A stretch of DNA of 58,677 nucleotides, taken from NCBI RefSeq assembly GCF_001194135.2, contig NC_068993.1:54463566-54522242 (forward strand). The letters are read 5' to 3'. This DNA comes from Octopus bimaculoides. Lineage: Eukaryota. Each line of letters begins with the position of its first letter. The first letter of the stretch is position 1. The notes beneath the pieces are model-generated. The model had not been told where the DNA came from, did no database searches, and saw only the letters and a list, made by a program, of their open reading frames with translations. The position numbers and the translations under genes were made by a program. This document shows positions 49,328-58,677 of the stretch, piece by piece.

Positions 49328-50130
49328 CATACACCCCCCCCCCCTCATTTTATAGATATATTATAATTTTATTCTATGAAAAGCTTAACTTCTCCAACGT
49401 TAGCAATCACCCATTAAGCGCATTTGTTCTTATGACAATCATTTTTGATTCAATATATGTTACAGTTCACTTCTCAATCGATAATTATCAATGAACAATG
49501 AAAATCATTAACATTTGTTTCTTATAAAGTAATGGTTTCATTCACCAGACGTTTCCTGTCTTTATCACTTTCAATTTCAACAATTTTCACTCAAACCACA
49601 GACGTTGATCGACAGGGGTACTCAAAGTCATAGACCTGCTAGAAATAGCAACCAAATCTACACACATTGCCTTCATTAGTTTTCGTTAATACAACTCCAG
49701 CTACATTTGGTTTTCAGCTAGTTCTTTTTTTATATTTTTCAACAACTTCATTTTAACAATTTCGTTCAGTTTAAACACTGTTCGAAATAATAACACCTTT
49801 ATGTTATATATTTCAAAAAATATCCCTCTTTACCGAATTTATAGAAATTTATTAAAAGCAGATTTTATTATTTTCGATTTTCCTTTACTCGTATTTTCCA
49901 CTTCCATTTATTTTCATTCACATACGTAGGCATAATGCTGTGGTATTTTAGATTAAATAATTAGATTAGCGTTATTCAACGCTAGGATCCGTGTGTATAT
50001 TCTCTGCTATTATGTGTGTATTAATCATACAGTTGGTATGTATTAAATATAGTATTGATATAAGATATTAACTAGTGATGTGTAAAACACACAATTCAGT
50101 CTTGTTTATTTATATTCATATCTCAGCTAT

Positions 50131-50161
<31 letters not shown>

Positions 50162-51332
50162 CTATTGACGCTCAGAATCGCGAATACAATTTTTTATATT
50201 TAGTAATGTGATGAAATTACGCTCACTCACAGACACACGTAGGCACACACCCTCACACACGTACGCACACACATCCTCACACACAAGAAGAAGAAGAAGA
50301 AGAAGAAGAAGAAGAAGAAGAAGAATAAGAAGAAGAAGAAGAAGAAGAACCGGAATGAGTATATGTGTGAGTGGCGTTTGAGACAAAGCAGATTCTATGG
50401 GAATTTTCGACAGACGTTTGCTATTTGGAGAGTTCAAGATTAGAGATAGTGGATCATAAAACATGTAGTTTGAGGGTTTGCCGCAATCCCTCAGCAGAAA
50501 AAAAGGGAAGCGAAATCCCACGTTGGTGGACCAAGAATAGAATTCTAAATACGTCTTGGGGCAGATGTCTTGGCCGACGTGGGGAAGTCAGAAAGTAGTA
50601 ATACTAATGAGAACNNNNNNNNNNNNNNNNNNNNNNNNNNNNNNNNNNNNNNNNNNNNNNNNNNNNNNNNNNNNNNNNNNNNNNNNNNNNNNNNNNNNNN
50701 NNNNNNNNNNNNNNNNNNNNNNNNNNNNNNNNNNNNNNNNNNNNNNNNNNNNNNNNNNNNNNNNNNNNNNNNNNNNNNNNNNNNNNNNNNNNNNNNNNNN
50801 NNNNNNNNNNNNNNNNNNNNNNNNNNNNNNNNNNNNNNNNNNNNNNNNNNNNNNNNNNNNNNNNNNNNNNNNNNNNNNNNNNNNNNNNNNNNNNNNNNNN
50901 NNNNNNNNNNNNNNNNNNNNNNNNNNNNNNNNNNNNNNNNNNNNNNNNNNNNNNNNNNNNNNNNNNNNNNNNNNNNNNNNNNNNNNNNNNNNNNNNNNNN
51001 NNNNNNNNNNNNNNNNNNNNNNNNNNNNNNNNNNNNNNNNNNNNNNNNNNNNNNNNNNNNNNNNNNNNNNNNNNNNNNNNNNNNNNNNNNNNNNNNNNNN
51101 NNNNNNNNNNNNNNNNNNNNNNNNNNNNNNNNNNNNNNNNNNNNNNNNNNNNNNNNNNNNNNNNNNNNNNNNNNNNNNNNNNNNNNNNNNNNNNNNNNNN
51201 NNNNNNNNNNNNNNNNNNNNNNNNNNNNNNNNNNNNNNNNNNNNNNNNNNNNNNNNNNNNNNNNNNNNNNNNNNNNNNNNNNNNNNNNNNNNNNNNNNNN
51301 NNNNNNNNNNNNNNNNNNNNNNNNNNNNNNNN

Positions 51333-51375
<43 letters not shown>

Positions 51376-51802
51376 CACATAATAAATATATATTCATATG
51401 TACAAACGATTATATATAGGCATGCATATGTACACATTTTTGCATGCATATATATGTACATACATCTGCAGGTTTATAGCCGTTCCTGTTTTCATATGCA
51501 TTCATTCATATATCGAGTTTCTCTTTATGTATCATATATACACACGAGTAAATAAAACTGTACAATCATGTCTATTTGTGTGTGTGTGTGTCTATAGGAG
51601 TGGTACTGGGCGTGTGTTTATGTGCCAGTGTTTGTCTCTGTCTGTGTGTAGTTTGTTTTAAGTGGGACTGAGCAAAGTGGAAGGAAAGGTAGCGTGCAGA
51701 CGAAAACGGAATCTGTGAATTGAGTGACGCTAGGAATTAATATAACAGGTAAATCAAAGAGCTCATTATAGACACACACACGCACACACGTGTGTATGTG
51801 TA

Positions 51803-51836
<34 letters not shown>

Positions 51837-51846
51837 NNNNNNNNNN

Positions 51847-51886
<40 letters not shown>

Positions 51887-52959
51887 CACATATACTCATA
51901 TTTATATATATATGCATATATATACATATACATATGCATATATATACGTGCATATATACGTATATATATATATATATATATCTCATCATATATATANNNN
52001 NNNNNNNNNNNNNNNNNNNNNNNNNNNNNNNNNNNNNNNNNNNNNNNNNNNNNNNNNNNNNNNNNNNNNNNNNNNNNNNNNNNNNNNNNNNNNNNNNNNN
52101 NNNNNNNNNNNNNNNNNNNNNNNNNNNNNNNNNNNNNNNNNNNNNNNNNNNNNNNNNNNNNNNNNNNNNNNNNNNNNNNNNNNNNNNNNNNNNNNNNNNN
52201 NNNNNNNNNNNNNNNNNNNNNNNNNNNNNNNNNNNNNNNNNNNNNNNNNNNNNNNNNNNNNNNNNNNNNNNNNNNNNNNNNNNNNNNNNNNNNNNNNNNN
52301 NNNNNNNNNNNNNNNNNNNNNNNNNNNNNNNNNNNNNNNNNNNNNNNNNNNNNNNNNNNNNNNNNNNNNNNNNNNNNNNNNNNNNNNNNNNNNNNNNNNN
52401 NNNNNNNNNNNNNNNNNNNNNNNNNNNNNNNNNNNNNNNNNNNNNNNNNNNNNNNNNNNNNNNNNNNNNNNNNNNNNNNNNNNNNNNNNNNNNNNNNNNN
52501 NNNNNNNNNNNNNNNNTGTCTCCATTTAATGTGATGCAAACATCTGAGCAATGTACTTTATGCCGCTCATCACAAACCATTTATAGAAACTGGCATCTTC
52601 TTGCCTTGTTATTGTTATTGTTGTCGTTGTTGTTGTTATGTGGTCCACGTGCTGGCAGTGTTTACTGTGGTGGTGGTAGTGGTGGCGGTGGTGTTGATGG
52701 CTGAAGGCGGGTTTTGAGGCCATGGTACTTGTTGAGATGGTGTTGCTGATGATGACGATGGTGATGATGTTAGTGATAATTGTGTTGGTGATGTCTTTGG
52801 TGGGGATGGTCGTGGTGGTAGTGGTGGGGATAGTCGTAGTGGTAGTGGTGGTGATGGGTGTACCGGTGGTAGGGACAGTCGTTTATGTAAATTGGTGATG
52901 GTAGTGGTCGTATTAGTGGTAGCGATGTCTGTGGTGGCGTTTCCGGGTTCAATTCCACT

Positions 52960-53580
52960 GCGTAGCACCTTGGGCAAGTGTCTTCTACTATAGCCTCGGG
53001 CCAACCAAAGCCTTGTGAGTGTATTTGGTAGACGGAAACTGAAAGAAGCCCGTTCTATACACACATATATTCACACACATACATACTTATACATATATTG
53101 ACAGAAAGAGGGAAGCTAATTCGCTGGTGTAAAGGTAACACCGTTAGTCGCGTTAACAAAGGAGTGTGGGTTCGAGTGCCACGCGGATAGGAAAGCCTTC
53201 TTTTTTTCTCTTATATGCCCCGTTATTAAACTATTTTCCTTAGTCATTGCATGGTGATCGCCATAAATTTTAAGCTTATATAAAAATACCATTATTGCAA
53301 AATACGGCGCCGTATGACAAAACCATTCGCACTGAAAGCATATATATACATACAAACATACATACATACATATATATGTGTGTGTGTATACACACACACA
53401 CATATATACCGCCGCTTGACAACCGGTGTTGGTGTTTGCGTCCCTATAAAATAGCGGTTCGACAAAAGAGACCGATAGAGTAAATACTCGGCTTCAAAGA
53501 AAAAATTAAGTGCTGGAGTGGATTCGTTAGACTAAAATTCCAGCATGGTCGTAATCTAATGACTGGAAACAAGTGAAAAA
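52960..53580 (+). mobile_element. SINE family C-B with ~240 bp of unrelated sequence inside its microsatellite spacer
   Basis: Head at 52960-53052 and body at 53410-53580. The spacer holds microsatellites plus the tRNA-like segment. Confidence 0.7.
53118..53190 (+). tRNA. Atypical tRNA-like sequence (probable pseudogene or SINE head; CGC at the anticodon position)
   Basis: Acceptor stem 6/7, D stem GTGT/ACAC with GG in the loop, anticodon stem GTTA/TAAC with 7-nt loop, T arm GTGGG-TTCGAGT-GCCAC (C61 replaced by G), and T7 at 53201-53207. Confidence 0.4.
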
Positions 53581-54173
53581 TAACATTTCAGAGCTTCTGT
53601 TCCCACAATATTTGTAGTTCATGTATTGAACGCGTTCTGTTGAAAGAACGAATAAATGGACGAAATACAAAAAAGAATGTGTTGGAATAAATGTAAAATG
53701 CGTCCATTATACCATTCACCCCTTTAAACAGTATTATTACACATGCGTATGATATGCGTATCTATGGGGGCATAACAGGCGTACATGTTCATGCATACAT
53801 GTGTATATAAATATATACATACAAGTAGGATACAATGATATGTTATATAATATATGTATATGGAACAATGCCTGTTCACTCTATCTCGTATTAAGATTAT
53901 TCTACACACACACAAACATACACATTTATACGCACACATACACACAGATAGATCGTATATATGATATATATAATATTTATATAATATATATTTGTGTTTA
54001 TGTGTATATATATATATGTGTGTGTATGTGTGTGTGTGTGTGCACGCGCGTGTATGAATATATAATATATATATATGTATATATATNNNNNNNNNNNNNN
54101 NNNNNNNNNNNNNNNNNNNNNNNNNNNNNNNNNNNNNNNNNNNNNNNNNNTATATACAACACAGAATATAGCT

Positions 54174-54205
<32 letters not shown>

Positions 54206-55974
54206 GAAGAAGAAGAATGATAATAATAGTAATAATAATAAAAAGCTGAAATTTTATCGATTGCTAATAATTTAATTGTTCCCTATTTTAATTGTTTCAA
54301 TCGATAAAAACATTATCTTTTATATAATTGCGTAATTAATATAAATATTTAATTTAAATGTGATGGGTTACCAACCAACATCATCGGGAGAAAATATTGA
54401 AATATAGAAATTAGAACACTGGTATTTTGCATTCATCTGAGGAACCCTATTTTTACTAAGGCGAATCGTATGCTGTTGATATCATAAGAATTTAAAAACT
54501 TCGGTAGAACGTGAAATAATTCGTTTTTATTTTTTGAACGGTGTAACTCGAAGCAGGTAAAGCTATAATAGCAGTCTTGGCCGGTTTCTATCCAAAGTGT
54601 TTTTAAACCCAATATTTACACGCTAGTATTAATAGCTTTATCTGCTTCGAGTTTCACCATCCCCCCACTCCAAGAAGTTATTTCATGGATAATTCATGGA
54701 TAGAGAAATTCGAAGGAACACTTTGGTCCACGTGGAACGCTAATTGAACAACGAAGCGATCTGTAGATGTCAATTGTTAGACTGGTTATATATGTATCAT
54801 GAGTCTGCTGGATTAGGATTTACCTAGGGCTAAACGACTACGGCAAGAAATTTGGACGCCCCTGTGCACACATGCAAAGAGATCTACATGCATGTACGCA
54901 CAAACTTACACACATTCACAGAGAACCGACATACGCACCAACAATCACATTTATTCTACACACATAGAAACACGAAACCACACACAGATGCACACATACA
55001 TAAACTCTACCCATGCTTACATATATGCATAAACACACGTGCACACACAGAAATTTACACACGCACTAACACATGTCTACAGGCACACACTTCCAAATAT
55101 AACTACCTCATACACACACACATTTATGCATACACATATAAACACCTCTTTACGCATTGTTCATCAACTGAGATGTGAGAAGGTGAGATGAAGTTAGCAA
55201 AACGACAATGTAAAGGTACATGAGAAACGTTAAATATATCTGGAAAAGATGGTGTGTATTCTATTGAATCTCAACGGACCGGTTTCGATTCCCGGCTCCC
55301 ATAATTTCATTTCTCTCTTACACCGCTAATGCGCATGGGAAATGTATGAGCGCTGCTATATATCGGTTCCTCATCTGTTTAATATAAGGTCTTTGTAAAA
55401 CGGAAATGATATTTTTGTCATAAAGAAATTAAAATTAAATTTCCTCAAAGGAAAATTATTTGAAAGAGAAAAAAAATGTTGAAAAGCAGAATAAAGTGGT
55501 TTTAACTTGTTGAATCCCCGAAAGATTTTTTTTTATCTCTTTAATCGATAATCCAATTACGATTGAGATTAAAGTGTTGAATTGATGGGGGATTCAAGAA
55601 TCCTGCTATATTTTAACTTCCCTTCTCCAGCAACGGCTTTGTTAAACTGGCTTTGGGTTTTTTTTACTTGTGAAATTGAGGAAGTATGTGTGGAGGGAGA
55701 CGGAAAGATATTGTGGAGGGGCGGGGCAGAGGAAGGTGGAATATGACGTTGAGGGTAGAGACGTAGAATAAGGGTAGATGTAGGGGTAACGAATTATGAG
55801 GCAGGTGTAGAGAGACATGATGTAGGGTGTGTAGAGAGGTATGATGTAAGGATAAGGAGGCTTAGTCGGAGGCGTAGAGAAACAAATGAAGGAGAGAAAG
55901 AAATAGTGTAGAATAGAGCGATTTAATGGAGAGGTAGTGACGTAGGGATAGACAGATATGATGTTGGTGTAACG

Positions 55975-56677
55975 CAGTGATTCTCAACTTGGGTCCATAT
56001 GGCACTTGGGGTTCCATATAAGATTTTGTTGTTAAAATTAATGGGCAATAAACTGGTTATATTTCTACAATACACAAAATATTTAAGCATTCTTTAATGC
56101 AATTCCTAATAATATTTAATCACAGAAAGGCGGCGAGCAGGCAGAATCGTTAGCACGCCGGGCGAAATGCTTACGGTATTTCGTCTGTCTTTACGTTCTG
56201 AGTTCAAATTCCGCTGAGGTCGACTTTGCCTTTCATCCTTTCGGGGTCGATAAATCAAGTACCAGTTACGCACTGGAGTCGATGTAATCGACTTAAGTCC
56301 TTTGTCTGTCCTTGTTTGTCCCCTCTATGTTTAGCCCCTTGTGGGCAATAAAGAAATAAGAAACGTTAGCACGCCGGGCGAAATGCTTAACGGTATTTCG
56401 TCTGTCTTTACGTTCTGAGTTCAAATTCTACCGAGGTCGACTTTGCCTTTCATCCTTTCGAGGTCGATAAATTAAGTACCAGTTACGTATTGGGGTCGTC
56501 TAATCGACTGGCCCCCTCCCGCCAAATTTCGGGCCTTGTGCCTAGAGTAGAAAAGAATATTTAATCACAGAAATGTAACAGGAATTTTTAGATATCGAAT
56601 GGTTACGAGGGTTCCCCTCCCCTGAGTAAAACGGGAATCAAAGGGGTCTATAGGCAAAAAATGGTTGAGAACTACTG
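55975..56677 (+). mobile_element. hAT (Charlie-like) MITE interrupted by a SINE dimer
   Basis: CAGTGATTCTCAAC at the left end and GGTTGAGAACTACTG at the right end. The internal sequence resumes after the SINE insertion. The 8-bp TSD is decayed (4/8). Confidence 0.75.
56129..56555 (+). mobile_element. SINE family A, head-to-tail dimer
   Basis: Two monomers sharing the tRNA-like head and GGTCGACTTTGCCTTTCATCCTTTCG core. The whole dimer is flanked by an exact 18-bp TSD AATATTTAATCACAGAAA (56111-56128 and 56556-56573). Confidence 0.92.
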
Positions 56678-56961
56678 GTGATAGTAAAGAGATATGGTAC
56701 TGAAGAATAGAGAGCTGGATCAGATTCGATCTTCTTTGTAGCCTTACTTGATACCATTCAATTCCATACGTGTCACTAAAGCCTATGAACATGAAGATCA
56801 CAACATCACCTTTTCCCTATCGTAAACTACCCACCCTTTGTATCTTCTCAATAAAGAAACAAGGAATGAGTTTATTTGACTGAAGTACACAGCTTTAAGA
56901 ATGATGCAGTATTTAGCCCTGTATCTCTAGTTACTGGGTTCAAAATCTGTTGGGGGCAGAA

Positions 56962-57108
56962 GAGTAATAGGCAACCTGAGGCCTGAAGGACTTTCTGAAT
57001 AGCCCGCCTAACGAAATACTATCTTGAAAATGTTTTAGTAGTGCGGCCCGCCTGTTGATAAGCTGCATCTCATGCGACTCGCTTCTCGGTAAAAATTGCT
57101 TATACCTG
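56962..57108. mobile_element. Degenerate short hAT (Charlie-like) element
   Basis: TAGGCAACCTGAGGCC left end, internal GCGGCCCGC and TTGCTTATACCTG right end. The TIR match is only ~9/14. Confidence 0.4.
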
Positions 57109-57391
57109 GGGTAAAGCATAGTTTAAATTTCTTGCAGAGTCGGGTGGAATAAATAAGTAGCAGAATTAAACAGGGTTTCATTATCCTTGTAGTTAATTAA
57201 ATGGGACTAATTATTTACCAAGCATTCCACCCCACATTCCCAGTGTATTCCTCAAATATTCCTCTTTAGGGGGTTCAACATACCCCGGTGAGATTTGATG
57301 TAATCAAGTGCAACACTAAAAAACATAACGGCCCCGTGTACCTTTTACCCCGTGTACTCTTAGGTAGGGGCCTACATGTAAGAGTCTATAC

Positions 57392-57766
57392 CAGAGGTTC
57401 TCAAACTTTTTGGGCCACCGCCTCCCTCATAACCACATAATATCCTCAGTGCCCAACCATATTTTTATATTTAAATTACTATTTTATATTTTATATTTAT
57501 ATATACTATTTTATATTTTATATTTATATATACTATTTTATATTTTATATTTATATATACTATTTTATATTTATGTATACTATGAATCATTTGATATTTG
57601 ATATAATATTATATAACTTGTATCCAATACTATAATATCATAATAAATTCATAGCGTCCACTGCTTTCTTCCCAATACTTCCTTTTCTCTCCTCACCCCC
57701 GGACTCCCCACCTGGACTCTCTCAATGCTCACCAGGGGGCGGTAGCGCCCACTTTGAGAACCTATG
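57392..57766. mobile_element. hAT MITE carrying a 27-bp minisatellite
   Basis: TIRs CAGAGGTTCTCAAA / CATAGGTTCTCAAA (13/14). 8-bp TSD GTCTATAC / GTCTTTAC (7/8). Confidence 0.85.
57478..57578 (+). repeat. 27-bp AT-rich minisatellite x3 plus partial
   Basis: ACTATTTTATATTTTATATTTATATAT at 57478, 57505 and 57532, with a shortened fourth unit. Confidence 0.95.
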
Positions 57767-57924
57767 GTCTTTACGAAGGGCTTTATACGTAGGGTTCAAC
57801 ACCGATCAAAGTCCTTTCTTCCCTCCTCCATCTCCAGTCAACCAATATTTCACATCATAATAACATAACGACTCCGAAGATGGTTAAGTAATTACTTTAA
57901 TTAAATAGGAACGAGTTTGGATTA

Positions 57925-58036
57925 GTTGTTATTGTCGTTGGTGCCGCTAGTGTCGCTGGTGGTGGTAATGGTTGTGTTTATAGTTGTGGTTGTGGTGATG
58001 GTGGTGCGATGGTAGTTGTGACCGTGACGATGGAGA

Positions 58037-58070
<34 letters not shown>

Positions 58071-58227
58071 GGTGGTGGTGGTGGTAATGGTAGAGGTAGT
58101 AGCAGTGGTAGTGGTGGTAATGGTAGCAGTGGTAGTAGTGATGATGTTGGTAGTCATGGTGATGACTGGAATGGTGGAGGCGCAAATGATAGTGATAAAT
58201 CTAGTGATGGCAGTAGTGGTGGCCAGA

Positions 58228-58270
<43 letters not shown>

Positions 58271-58440
58271 AAGAATGATGGTGATGAAAGTAGTGGAGAT
58301 GGTGTTGGTGGTGGTGGTGGTGGTGGTGGTAATGGTGGCGGTGGCAGCGATGGCGTTACAGGTTGTGACAGTACTGGGGCTGTTAGCGGTGTTGATGGTA
58401 TTGGTGGTGGTAGTGGTGGTGGTGGTGGCGATGGAAATGC
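57925..58440 (+). repeat. Degenerate (GGT/AGT/GAT)n array
   Basis: Direct reading; explains the poly-V/T/H ORFs. Confidence 0.9.
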
Positions 58441-58590
58441 AGTTCCTGACCATCTAAGGGCAGGAGGTGATAAACATATGAAAATAATTCAGTTATTAAT
58501 GAGTTCCTCGAATGTTTATTTTAGGGAATGAGTGTTGGCAAGAAGGGACAAATGTTGCCGGGGTGTCTACAGTACATCAATACATCTACA

Positions 58591-58674
<84 letters not shown>

Positions 58675-58677
58675 TAC

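Noticed and set aside
54437-54472. CTGAGGA..CGAAT hammerhead-like string
   Set aside because: Stem II closing pair, A15.1 and stem I all fail.
55265-55302. tRNA T-arm-like CCGGTTTCGATTCCCGG
   Set aside because: No matching acceptor 5' strand, D arm or A box.

Overview
Repeat-saturated animal genomic DNA from a gapped draft assembly: roughly a tenth is N, and most gaps abut microsatellites. The SINE families and extreme microsatellite density suggest an octopus/cephalopod genome; this is inference, not a database result. Most listed ORFs are artefacts of microsatellites or N-runs. One protein-coding exon is well supported (minus strand, 4688-5073, unidentified Ser/Asn/Thr-rich region), with several weaker candidate exons mostly on the same strand, so much of the window may be intronic. 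The rest is mobile DNA. It includes two tRNA-derived SINE families (A, and a modular C-B family with an internal microsatellite), a decayed mariner inserted into a SINE, a Tigger/Jerky-like transposase fossil and an RTE LINE 3' end. There are also hAT- and Tc1/mariner-type MITEs and a ~600-bp foldback element. Most notable observations: (i) several dispersed, mutated minimal hammerhead-ribozyme motifs, two of them next to (TA)n tracts, of the kind known from Penelope-like element termini; (ii) a SINE dimer flanked by a single 18-bp target-site duplication; (iii) an atypical tRNA-like cloverleaf with Pol III boxes and terminator. I found no intact, clearly novel system. All structure calls were made by eye.
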